A stretch of DNA of 32,836 nucleotides, taken from the NCBI GenBank assembly GCA_000002435.2, contig AACB03000007.1, one strand, 5' to 3'. The notes under the pieces were generated by a model. The model saw only the letters and a program-made list of their open reading frames with translations, did not search any database and was not told the origin of the DNA. A program made the position numbers and the translations under genes. Source of the stretch: Giardia intestinalis (taxonomy: Eukaryota). Shown piece after piece: positions 18,942 through 29,576 of the stretch. Within the stretch, counting starts at the first letter, position 1, and each line of letters opens with the position of its first letter.

Positions 18942-19001
18942 CTCACTCCACTATCATACTATCACCCTCTATCACACATTGTACAGCATTCACTACCCAA
19001 G
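18942..19001 (-). promoter_or_regulatory. Inter-VSP spacer (60 nt) with a poly(A) signal at 18988..18994.
   Basis: Same conserved spacer. Confidence 0.7.
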
Positions 19002-20744
19002 TCACGCCTTCCCCCTGCACACGAACCACCAGCAGAGGAAGCCCACGAGGCCCCCCACGACGACGACCACAGCGACGGAGATCCCCGCGATGGCCCCCGT
19101 GGAGAGCCCGCTCCTGTTGGTACTCATAGACACACAGGAGGTCCCACTGCTGTCTAGACTGTACCCATCAACACACTCCCCACACACATCATCCACCACA
19201 CAGCTCTTGCAATCACCCACAGAGCACAGCACACACCCGGTGCCATCCTTGTTGGGCTTCTTATCACTGTCACAGGAGGTGCATGTAGCGGCAGTCATAC
19301 CACCATCAGACAGAGCTGTTGGGGCCGTGCATGCTGAGCAGTTGAGTACCCCAACGTATGCCTTAGAGGTATCACCAGTGCCTACTAGTGTGCCAAGGGA
19401 GTTGCTACATGCTAATACAGACTGATTCTGATTGGTTGCCCCAGGGACTACGAAGTACCTATTGTTGGCATTAACAGCGGTACAGACACCGTTGGCTGCT
19501 GTCTTGCACATATGTTGTCCAGGTACTGTATCAACCTTGTAACAACCTCCCATATACAAGAAGTAGTTGTTAGTGCATTGTGTACATACACCTTGATCAC
19601 ATTGATTATTTGCTTTAGCACTATTACACTTCCCATCTATAGGATACGTATTAGCTTCTCCACAGTATGAGCAATAATGATGCTCTACACCCTTATCATC
19701 AATCACTATTGCATCGCAGGCACCAGAAGTTCCTCCACAGGCAGTATCATCTTCACAGATCTTGGTGCATGTGACAGAGCCAGTACTGCCCTCCTTGCGA
19801 TAGTTAGGCTTACAGTCAGTGCACTTGAAAGCACCGTTGTTAGAGCAGACACTGCAGCCTTCGCGACCCTTATCGTCTACGCTATCGCATGGGACGCACT
19901 TCTTCCCCTGTTGATCTGTAGTAGTTACTAAGAAGTATCCAGTCTTGCAGGTTTCACACTTATTTGGATCACCAGCAACAGAGCATGTGGCACAGTTATC
20001 ACCACACTTGTCTGTACATGTACTAGTACCACTATCAAAGAAGTATCCATCGAGACAGGCTGAGCAGGTTGGATTGTCACTTCCTGTTTTCGTACATGTC
20101 TTGCAGTTGGCCTTTCCTTCGTTACCAAGAGTTGAATCTGTCACATCACTACAAAGAGCACACGTTTTGTCCTCCTTCATAAATAAGGCCTCGTCAGCGC
20201 CCTCGCATCCTTCAAGCGTCTTCGCCACGCAGGTCGATGTCCCGTCGAGGGCCGTCCTGGGGGTCTTATTGGTCCCGCAGTTAGTGCACTTCGGCTTCCC
20301 CGTGGCCTTGTCGAAGGAGCATGCCGTGCACTCTGCGTGTATCGTACTACATGCCTTGCATGTTCCCGACTCCGGGTCAGCATACTTATCATTACCACAG
20401 CTATCAGTACATTGATTCCCATTGAGGTACTTCCCCTCTGGACACGATGTGCACTGGGTCGCCGATGTCTCACAGGTGGCACAGTTCCCCTCGCATGGCT
20501 TACAAAGCTTGTTGTTTAGGAAGTACCCCTCTTGACAGGTATTACACGTGGCAGGTCCTGCATTCCCTGGTGCCGTACACTTGAGACAGTTGGCCACTCC
20601 CGTATATCCATTCGCTCCCTTGATATCAGAGCACAAGATGCACTCCCCACCAGGAGTCACCTTGTCTGCCCTGTTCTGGAATATGTACTGACTATCTGTA
20701 TTACAAGCAGTGCACACTCCACTACTGGCCTTTGTGCATATCAC
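19002..20744 (-). CDS. Unit 10: VSP paralog (580 codons). It combines a type a N-terminus with a type c-like C-terminus.
   Basis: The start is GTG (20742-20744) preceded by TAG. The N-terminus is ICTKASSGVCTACNTDSQYIFQNRADKVTPGGECILCSDIKG. The C-terminal module is CDSDKKPNKDGTGCVLCSVGDCKSCVVDDVCGECVDGYSLDSSGTSCVSMSTNRSG. It ends CRGKA then stop. Confidence 0.85.
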   Translation of the reverse strand: MICTKASSGVCTACNTDSQYIFQNRADKVTPGGECILCSDIKGANGYTGVANCLKCTAPGNAGPATCNTCQEGYFLNNKLCKPCEGNCATCETSATQCTSCPEGKYLNGNQCTDSCGNDKYADPESGTCKACSTIHAECTACSFDKATGKPKCTNCGTNKTPRTALDGTSTCVAKTLEGCEGADEALFMKEDKTCALCSDVTDSTLGNEGKANCKTCTKTGSDNPTCSACLDGYFFDSGTSTCTDKCGDNCATCSVAGDPNKCETCKTGYFLVTTTDQQGKKCVPCDSVDDKGREGCSVCSNNGAFKCTDCKPNYRKEGSTGSVTCTKICEDDTACGGTSGACDAIVIDDKGVEHHYCSYCGEANTYPIDGKCNSAKANNQCDQGVCTQCTNNYFLYMGGCYKVDTVPGQHMCKTAANGVCTAVNANNRYFVVPGATNQNQSVLACSNSLGTLVGTGDTSKAYVGVLNCSACTAPTALSDGGMTAATCTSCDSDKKPNKDGTGCVLCSVGDCKSCVVDDVCGECVDGYSLDSSGTSCVSMSTNRSGLSTGAIAGISVAVVVVVGGLVGFLCWWFVCRGKA

Positions 20745-20822
20745 ACTCCACTATCACACTATCATCACACTATCACCCTCTATCACACACTATCACCCAT
20801 TGTACAGCATTCACTACCCAAG
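20745..20822 (-). promoter_or_regulatory. Inter-VSP spacer (78 nt, the longest) with a poly(A) signal at 20809..20815.
   Basis: The plus strand is actccactatcacactatcatcacactatcaccctctatcacacactatcacccattgtacagcattcact. It carries extra CACTATCA-like repeat units. Confidence 0.7.
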
Positions 20823-23800
20823 TCACGCCTTCCCCCTGCACACGAACCACCAGCAGAGGAAGCCCACGAGGCCCCCCACGACAGCGATGACAGCCACGGA
20901 GATCCCTGCTATGGCACCAGTACTGAGGCCGCTCTTGTTGACGCTTCCGCCGGTGTTGTCGCCAGTGCCGTCGCCCATCACGAAGCACATGAACGCACCG
21001 GTGGATGACACCGTGCACTGCCTGCACCCAGCGAGCCCCTCAGAGCACGGATTACACTTTGTCCCAGCACTCTGCGGTTTGTAATATCCAGTGCTGCATG
21101 TAGCACAGGCGTTAGCGTCGTTAGCAGCCGTGCATGTCTCGCAGCTAAGATGGCACCTTTTATTGGAACAATCGCCATTATCAGCCGTTAGACCACTGGC
21201 ACATTTTGTACATTTTCCTCCCTGCACTGTAGTACACACTTGCTTGCCAGGCTGTCTATCTGTCTGATAGCAACCGCCATCTTTGAGGAAGTAGTTATTT
21301 TCACATTGAGTGCATGCTCCATTACTCACCGTAGTGCAAAATCGTGTTCGCGTATTGGCCGCACAGTTGCCATCCAGTGGTGCCTGTTGAGTGTTCTTGC
21401 ACTTTGAGCAGTATGCAGTTCCTCCTATCTGAGCCCCACACTCTGCGCATCCATCGTTTGTAGAACTCACGCTGCACTGGTTCATGCACGTGCCCCCATT
21501 GGCAGGAGTATCAGCATCTGTATACTGAAGCATCCTCCCAGCAGGACAAGCCGTACACTTATCAGCGCCCTCACCCTTGCACTCTACGCACGCATCGTTG
21601 CACTTCTTGCACTTTCTGTCAGTGTCATTTCCGTAGTAGCCCTTGAGGGTCGTGCAGTCAGATACGCATTGACTGGTTGGGGTGAGGTAGTACTCAGACA
21701 GACACTTTGTACAGACCTCCTTATCGGCACCTTCACTGGTGCACTCCAAACAGTGCTCTGTGTTACAGTTACTGATTGGTTGGCATTCAGTCGATTCAGT
21801 ATTAGGTTGGAGTCCTTCGTTGCACTCGCACACTTGGCTATCCTGTCCGGTGGCCTTGGGGGTAGAGTTAGCAGGGCAACTAGCAACGCACGACTTTCTG
21901 TTGAGACCAAAGATGGTCTTCGTATCAGTCGTACACGTCTTACAAACCACTCCGTTGGCGCCTTTCTCACAAGTGGTGCAGTCAGTTGTTCCAGCCGACA
22001 CACATGTATTGCACTCCTTTGCTTCTTCATCAACGTAGTGGGTTGCCGGACAACCAGCTGTGTCAACGCACGTGCCGGTTGTGGACTCGCCATCCTTCTT
22101 CAGGTACTTCTTGGTCCCAGACGTTTTACACAGGCTGCACTTCTGTTGCTCCTTGGCCACGCACACAGCGCAATTATCATCTGCACACGCGGTGCACTTC
22201 TTCTCGGTAGCGTCGATGAAGAAGCCCTCCTCATTAGTACACGCCTCTGCGCTAACACAGCTGGGTGCATCGCCAGCTTTAAAGTAGAATCCATCAACAC
22301 ACTCCCCACATATATTGTCCACCACACAGCTCTTGCAATCACCCACAGAGCATGTCACACACCCACTACCACCCTTGTTGGGCTTCTTACCACTGTCACA
22401 GGCAGTACACACAGCGGCAGTCATACCAGCTGTTGTTAGAGCTGCGGGGCTGTACACTGGGAGCAGCCATGTACCCCCACATATGCCTTAGCGGTACCTT
22501 GAGGATCTACTAGTGTGCCTAGGGGGTTACTACATGCCAACACGGACTGCTGAGCATTGGATGCCCCTGGTACCAGGAAGTACTTATTATTCTCATTAAC
22601 AGCGGTACAGACACCGTTGGCTGCTGTCTTGCACATATGTTGTCCAGGTGGACTCTGAGTGCTATAACAACCACCCATATATAAGAAATATCCTGTAGTA
22701 CAAGACTCACAGACATGGTTGTTACAAGTATTACTTTGAGCCTCACTAGCACAGAGACCATCTATAGGATACTTACTGCTATCCCCACAGTATGAACAGT
22801 AGTGCTTTGTGGTGCCCTGATCATCTATTATCATGGCATCACAAGCACCAGAGGTACCCCCACAGGCAGTATCATCTTCACATACCTTTGTACATGTAAC
22901 AGGACTGGTACCACTCTGCTTGCGATAGTTCACCTTACAGTCAGTACACTTGAAAGTACTGGCCTCCATTGTGCATTGGGAGCACCCCTCGATGCCCCCA
23001 TTGTTTGTGTCATCGCAGGCGAAGCATTCTCCAGGAGTGCTACTGACCTTCAGGAAGAACCCGGTCTTGCAGGTTTGGCATTTGGTCTTGTCAGCTTTTT
23101 CAGAACATGTGGCACAGTTAGCACCACAGGCCTCACACGTGGCGGCAGGGCCATTTCCTTCTTTGATATACCCTTCGAGGCATTCTATGCATTCTGGTTT
23201 CTGACTTTGCTGCTTAGTACATGTCTTGCAGCCGGCAATGCCTTTGTTCTTTGGTTCTGAATCCGACGCTGCGGGATCACTGCACAAACGACACACGTTG
23301 TCTTCGGTCATAAAGAGACCGTTATCAGCTCCTTGACACCCGGCGTAGTCTTTTGTCACACAGGTCGAGGTCCCATCAAGGGTCGTCCTGGGGGTCTTAT
23401 TGGTCCCGCAGTTGGTGCACCTTGGCTTTCCCGTGGCATCATTATATTCACATGCGGTGCACCCAGCTATGTCGGGATCACATGCCTTGCAGGTCCAGGT
23501 CTTCTTGTCTGCGTACTGGGTTGCCTCGCATCCACTAGCATCTACACATTGATTATTCTTCAGGTACTTCCCCTCAACGCAGGCGGTACACTGAGTCGGA
23601 GTATCAGCTGAGCAAGCAGAGCAGCCGTCTCCGCACTTCACACATGCACTGTCCTTCGTAACGAACCCTGCTTGACACTCTGTACACGTGGCCGGTCCGC
23701 TAGTGCCCGTGTGGGAGCATTCTGAGCATCCAGCGACTCCCATGACCCCGTTTCTATCTATAGTATCGGAGCACAAGATGCACTCACTACCAGGCTTCTG

Positions 23801-23878
23801 AGGTGTAACTGGGTTCTTGAACAGGCCGTTAGCTGTCTTACAAGCAGTGCACAGTCCTCCCTCAGCCTTTGTGCATAT
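20823..23878 (-). pseudogene. Unit 11: long-type VSP with a 1-nt deletion frameshift near 22447. It is split into two ORFs and has a type b N-terminus.
   Basis: ORF 22436..23776 (..HGCSQCTAPQL then stop) and ORF 20823..22457 (MYSPAALTTAGMTAAVCTAC.. to CRGKA) together are colinear with unit 6. Plus 22441-22452 reads gctgcggggctg, where unit 6 has gctgctggggctg at about 11891. The N-terminal part is open to 23878 and is of the MGVAGCSECSH type. Confidence 0.75.
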
Positions 23879-23938
23879 CTCACTCCACTATCATACTATC
23901 ACCCTCTATCACACATTGTACAGCATTCACTACCCAAG
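23879..23938 (-). promoter_or_regulatory. Inter-VSP spacer (60 nt) with a poly(A) signal at 23925..23931.
   Basis: Same conserved spacer. Confidence 0.7.
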
Positions 23939-25779
23939 TCACGCCTTCCCCCTGCACACGAACCACCAGCAGAGGAAGCCCACGAGGCCCCCCACGACAG
24001 CGATGACAGCCACGGAGATCCCTGCTATGGCACCAGTACTGAGGCCGCTTCTGTTGCCCCCGCTGGGCTTGGTGGACACGCACGCCTCACCCTCCAGCCT
24101 GTAGTCGTCCCCGCACTGGCCGCACTTGTTCTCCTCGCTGCACCTGACGCACCCGTCGATATTGCAGGCGATGCACTTCGTTCCGTCTGTGTTCGGCCTC
24201 TGGTCTTTACTGGTACAGGCCTCGCACTTATCGCCTGCTCCACAGTGCGAGCATCCACTAACGGTACATGGGAAGCACCCGCTCCCAGCCAGGTTGGGCT
24301 TGTTGTTGTTGGTACACGCTGTGCACGTGGCGGCAGTCATGCCACCATCAGATGGAGCTGCTGGGGCTGTACACTGTGAACAGTTGATACCCCCACGTAT
24401 GCCTTAGCAGTATCACCAGTGCCTACTAGTGTGCCTAGGGGGTTCTCGCAGGCCAGGACAGACTGATCAGTATTGGATGCCCCCGGGACCAGGAAGTACC
24501 GGCCGTTCTCGCTGGGGGCGGTGCACCTCCCTCCCTCGGCAGTCTTGCACATGTGGCTGCCAGGAGCCTTCGACACATCATAGCAGCCGCCCATGTACAG
24601 GAAGAACCCGGCAGCACACCGGGTGCAGACGCCATTGGCACAGGTGTTGTCACCCTTAGTTCCTGTGCAGATCCCATCGATGGGGAACGTGGCGGGGTCT
24701 CCGCACAGCGAGCAGTACTGGGAGAACGCCCCGGCGCTGTCAACGACGACCGCCCCGCAGGCCCCAGACGTCCCCCCGCAGGCCGTGGGGTCCTCGCAGG
24801 CCTTTGTGCACTTCACCGGATTGGTTCCCTCCTTGCGATAGTTGAGCTTACAGGAGTTGCAGGTCAACGAGCCAGCGAAGGTGCACGTTGCACACCCATC
24901 GACTCCATCTGTCGGGTTATCACAGGGGACGCATGTGCCGGGGGAAGTGCCCCCTCTCAAGAAGAACCCGGTCTTGCAGGTTTGGCATTTGGTCTTGTCA
25001 GCTTTCTCAGAGCAGGTTGCGCAGTTCTCGCCACAGGCGTCACATGTGAAGCCGCTGTTGGTGTTCTTGATGTACCCCTCCAGGCACTCTGTGCAGGTCG
25101 GCGGTGTGGCGCCAGTCCTCGAGCACTTCTTACAGCCGACGATGCCCTGGTTCTTCTTCTCTTGCTCTGTCACTGCGTCGCTGCATAGAATACACGCTGT
25201 TGCGTCGTCTTTCATGAATAGCCCACTATCGGTGGCTTTGCAGCCGTCGTCTGTCTTTTCCACGCACGTCGTCGTCCCGTCGGCAGCAGTTCTTACCAGC
25301 TTCCCGTTACAATCGGTGCACCTCGGCTTTCCCGTGGCATCATTATATTCACATGCGGTGCACCCAGCTATGTCGGGATCACATGCCTTGCAGGTCCAGG
25401 TCTTCTTGTCTGCGTACTGGGTTGCCTCGCATCCACTAGCATCTACACATTGATTATTCTTCAGGTACTTCCCCTCAACGCAGGCGGTACACTGAGTCGG
25501 AGTATCAGCTGAGCAAGCAGAGCAGCCGTCTCCGCACTTCACACATGCACTGTCCTTCGTAACGAACCCTGCTTGACACTCTGTACACGTGGCCGGTCCG
25601 CTAGTGCCCGTGTGGGAGCATTCTGAGCATCCAGCGACTCCCATGACCCCGTTTCTATTTATAGTATCGGAGCACAGTATGCACTCACTACCCTTCTCTG
25701 GTGTTGCAGCCGGGTTCTTGAACAGGCCGTTATCTGCCTTACAAGCAGTGCACAGTCCTCCCTCAGCCTTTGTGCATAT
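23939..25779 (-). pseudogene. Unit 12: VSP with a 1-nt deletion frameshift near 24388. It has a type b N-terminus, a type d centre and a type a C-terminus.
   Basis: ORF 24337..25644 ends ..[23 protein letters not shown] then stop, out of frame. ORF 23939..24340 carries the normal [20 protein letters not shown]-terminus. Plus 24383-24392 reads cagttgatac, where the paralog at 8831 has cagttgagtac. The frame is open 5' to 25779. Confidence 0.75.
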
Positions 25780-25839
25780 CTCACTCCACTATCATACTAT
25801 CACCCTCTATCACACATTGTACAGCATTCACTACCCAAG
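25780..25839 (-). promoter_or_regulatory. Inter-VSP spacer (60 nt) with a poly(A) signal at 25826..25832.
   Basis: Same conserved spacer. Confidence 0.7.
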
Positions 25840-27687
25840 TCACGCCTTCCCCCTGCACACGAACCACCAGCAGAGGAAGCCCACGAGGCCCCCCACGACA
25901 GCGATGACAGCCACGGAGATCCCTGCTATGGCACCAGTACTGAGGCCGCTTCTGTTGCCCCCGCTGGGCTTGGTGGACACGCACGCCTCACCCTCCAGCC
26001 TGTAGTCGTCCCCGCACTGGCCGCACTTGTTCTCCTCGCTGCACCTGACGCACCCGTCGATATTGCAGGCGATGCACTTCGTTCCGTCTGTGTTCGGCCT
26101 CTGGTCTTTACTGGTACAGGCCTCGCACTTATCGCCTGCTCCACAGTGCGAGCATCCGTCAACGGTACATGCGAAGCACCCGCTCCCAGCCAGGTTGGGC
26201 TTGTTGTTGTTGGTACACGCTGTACACACAGCAGCAGTCATGCCACCATCAGATGGAGCTGCTGGGGCTGTACACTGTGAACAGTTGAGTACCCCCACGT
26301 ATGCCTTAGCAGTATCACCAGTGCCTACTAGTGTGCCAAGGGGGTTACCACATGCTAATACAGACTGATTCTGATTGGTTGCCCCAGGGACTACGAAGTA
26401 CCTATTGTTGGCATTAACAGCGGTACAGACACCGTTGGCTGCTGTCTTGCACATATGTTGTCCAGGTACTGTATCAACCTTGTAACAACCTCCCATATAC
26501 AAGAAGTAGTTGTTAGTGCATTGTGTACATACACCTTGATCACATTGATTATTTGCTTTAGCACTATTACACTTCCCATCTATAGGATACGTATTAGCTT
26601 CTCCACAGTATGAGCAATAATGATGCTCTACACCCTTATCATCAATCACTATTGCATCGCAGGCACCAGAAGTTCCTCCACAGGCAGTATCATCTTCACA
26701 GATCTTGGTGCATGTGACAGAGCCAGTACTGCCCTCCTTGCGATAGTTAGGCTTACAGTCAGTGCACTTGAAAGCACCGTTGTTAGAGCAGACACTGCAG
26801 CCTTCGCGACCCTTATCGTCTACGCTATCGCATGGGACGCACTTCTTCCCCTGTTGATCTGTAGTAGTTACTAAGAAGTATCCAGTCTTGCAGGTTTCAC
26901 ACTTATTTGGATCACCAGCAACAGAGCATGTGGCACAGTTATCACCACACTTGTCTGTACATGTACTAGTACCACTATCAAAGAAGTATCCATCGAGACA
27001 GGCTGAGCAGGTTGGATTGTCACTTCCTGTTTTCGTACATGTCTTGCAGTTGGCCTTTCCTTCGTTACCAAGAGTTGAATCTGTCACATCACTACAAAGA
27101 GCACACGTTTTGTCCTCCTTCATAAATAAGGCCTCGTCAGCGCCCTCGCATCCTTCAAGCGTCTTCGCCACGCAGGTCGATGTCCCGTCGAGGGCCGTCC
27201 TGGGGGTCTTATTGGTCCCGCAGTTAGTGCACTTCGGCTTCCCCGTGGCCTTGTCGAAGGAGCATGCCGTGCACTCTGCGTGTATCGTACTACATGCCTT
27301 GCATGTTCCCGACTCCGGGTCAGCATACTTATCATTACCACAGCTATCAGTACATTGATTCCCATTGAGGTACTTCCCCTCTGGACACGATGTGCACTGG
27401 GTCGCCGATGTCTCACAGGTGGCACAGTTCCCCTCGCATGGCTTACAAAGCTTGTTGTTTAGGAAGTACCCCTCTTGACAGGTATTACACGTGGCAGGTC
27501 CTGCATTCCCTGGTGCCGTACACTTGAGACAGTTGGCCACTCCCGTATATCCATTCGCTCCCTTGATATCAGAGCACAAGATGCACTCCCCACCAGGAGT
27601 CACCTTGTCTGCCCTGTTCTGGAATATGTACTGACTATCTGTATTACAAGCAGTGCACACTCCACTACTGGCCTTTGTGCATATCAC
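25840..27687 (-). CDS. Unit 13: VSP paralog (615 codons, type a, close to unit 2). It is intact and has no ATG.
   Basis: The start is GTG (27685-27687) preceded by TAG. The N-terminus is ICTKASSGVCTACNTDSQYIFQNRADKV. It ends CRGKA then stop. The central and C-terminal modules are as in unit 2. Confidence 0.85.
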   Translation of the reverse strand: MICTKASSGVCTACNTDSQYIFQNRADKVTPGGECILCSDIKGANGYTGVANCLKCTAPGNAGPATCNTCQEGYFLNNKLCKPCEGNCATCETSATQCTSCPEGKYLNGNQCTDSCGNDKYADPESGTCKACSTIHAECTACSFDKATGKPKCTNCGTNKTPRTALDGTSTCVAKTLEGCEGADEALFMKEDKTCALCSDVTDSTLGNEGKANCKTCTKTGSDNPTCSACLDGYFFDSGTSTCTDKCGDNCATCSVAGDPNKCETCKTGYFLVTTTDQQGKKCVPCDSVDDKGREGCSVCSNNGAFKCTDCKPNYRKEGSTGSVTCTKICEDDTACGGTSGACDAIVIDDKGVEHHYCSYCGEANTYPIDGKCNSAKANNQCDQGVCTQCTNNYFLYMGGCYKVDTVPGQHMCKTAANGVCTAVNANNRYFVVPGATNQNQSVLACGNPLGTLVGTGDTAKAYVGVLNCSQCTAPAAPSDGGMTAAVCTACTNNNKPNLAGSGCFACTVDGCSHCGAGDKCEACTSKDQRPNTDGTKCIACNIDGCVRCSEENKCGQCGDDYRLEGEACVSTKPSGGNRSGLSTGAIAGISVAVIAVVGGLVGFLCWWFVCRGKA

Positions 27688-27755
27688 ACTCCACTATCAC
27701 ACTATCATCACACTATCACCCTCTATCACACATTGTACAGCATTCACTACCCAAG
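27688..27755 (-). promoter_or_regulatory. Inter-VSP spacer (68 nt) with a poly(A) signal at 27742..27748.
   Basis: It has an expanded tract (cactatcacactatcatcacactatcaccctctatcacacattg). Confidence 0.7.
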
Positions 27756-29502
27756 TCACGCCTTCCCCCTGCACACGAACCACCAGCAGAGGAAGCCCAC
27801 GAGGCCCCCCACGACAGCGATGACAGCGACGGAGATCCCCGCGATGGCCCCCGTGGAGAGCCCGCTCCTGTTGGTACTCATAGACACACAGGAGGTCCCA
27901 CTGCTGTCTAGACTGTATCCATCAACACACTCCCCACACACATCATCCACCACACAGCTCTTGCAATCACCCACAGAGCACAGCACACACCCAGTACCAT
28001 CCTTGTTGGGCTTCTTATCACTGTCACAGGAGGTGCATGTAGCGGCAGCCATACCAGCTGTTGTTAGAGCTGCTGGGGCCGTACATGCCGAACAGCCATC
28101 TACCCCCACATATGCCTTAGAGGTATCACCAGTGCCTACTAGTGTGCCAAGGGGGTTACCACATGCTAATACAGACTGATTCTGATTGGTTGCCCCAGGG
28201 ACTATGAAGTACCTATTGTTGGCATTAACAGCGGTACAGACACCGTTGGCTGCTGTCTTGCACATATGTTGTCCAGGTACTGTATCAACCTTGTAACAAC
28301 CTCCCATATACAAGAAGTAGTTGTTAGTGCATTGTGTACATACACCTTGATCACATTGATTATTTGCTTTAGCACTATTACACTTCCCATCTATAGGATA
28401 CGTATTAGCTTCTCCACAGTATGAGCAATAATGATGCTCTACACCCTTATCATCAATCACTATTGCATCGCAGGCACCAGAAGTTCCTCCACAGGCAGTA
28501 TCATCTTCACAGATCTTGGTGCATGTGACAGAGCCAGTACTGCCCTCCTTGCGATAGTTAGGCTTACAGTCAGTGCACTTGAAAGCACCGTTGTTAGAGC
28601 AGACACTGCAGCCTTCGCGACCCTTATCGTCTACGCTATCGCATGGGACGCACTTCTTCCCCTGTTGATCTGTAGTAGTTACTAAGAAGTATCCAGTCTT
28701 GCAGGTTTCACACTTATTTGGATCACCAGCAACAGAGCATGTGGCACAGTTATCACCACACTTGTCTGTACATGTACTAGTACCACTATCAAAGAAGTAT
28801 CCATCGAGACAGGCTGAGCAGGTTGGATTGTCACTTCCTGTTTTCGTACATGTCTTGCAGTTGGCCTTTCCTTCGTTACCAAGAGTTGAATCTGTCACAT
28901 CACTACAAAGAGCACACGTTTTGTCCTCCTTCATAAATAAGGCCTCGTCAGCGCCCTCGCATCCTTCAAGCGTCTTCGCCACGCAGGTCGATGTCCCGTC
29001 GAGGGCCGTCCTGGGGGTCTTATTGGTCCCGCAGTTAGTGCACTTCGGCTTCCCCGTGGCCTTGTCGAAGGAGCATGCCGTGCACTCTGCGTGTATCGTA
29101 CTACATGCCTTGCATGTTCCCGACTCCGGGTCAGCATAAGTGTTTCCATCGCATCCAGTATCTTGTACACATTGATTACTCTTCAGGTACTTCCCCTCTG
29201 GGCACGATGTACAATGATTCTGACCACTTCCATCGCAGGTCAGACAAGCTTCATTACATTTGACACATGTCTGAGCGTTCTTATAGTATCCATCTTGGCA
29301 CTCTGTACACGTGGCAGGTCCTGGACTACTGTCTGACTTGGTACACTGTGCGCAGTTAGCCACCCCTGTATATCCATCTGCCCCATTGACATCATGACAG
29401 AGGATGCACTCACTACCAGGCTTCTGAGGTGTAACTGGGTTCTTGAACAGGCCGTTATCTGCTTACAAGCAGTGCACACTCCATCACTGGCCTTGTGCAT
29501 AT
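27756..29502 (-). pseudogene. Unit 14: VSP paralog (type c). Its 5' ~120 nt are degraded by several 1-nt deletions.
   Basis: ORF 27756..29363 is intact from the internal GTG through to CRGKA. At 29455-29502 the 5' end is gccgttatctgcttacaag..ctggccttgtgcatatc, versus gccgttagctgtcttacaag..ctggctgctgtgcatatc in unit 4. The frame is lost here, and minus ORF 29240..29518 drifts into another frame. Confidence 0.7.
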
Positions 29503-29576
29503 CACACTCCACTATCACACATTATCACACTATCACCTCTATCACACCATCACCATTGTAAGCATTCACTACCAAG
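29503..29576 (-). promoter_or_regulatory. Inter-VSP spacer (74 nt, degraded) with a poly(A) signal at 29564..29570.
   Basis: Relative to the spacer at 8321..8387 it has several indels (tgtaagcattcactaccaagtca versus tgtacagcattcactacctaagtca). Confidence 0.6.
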
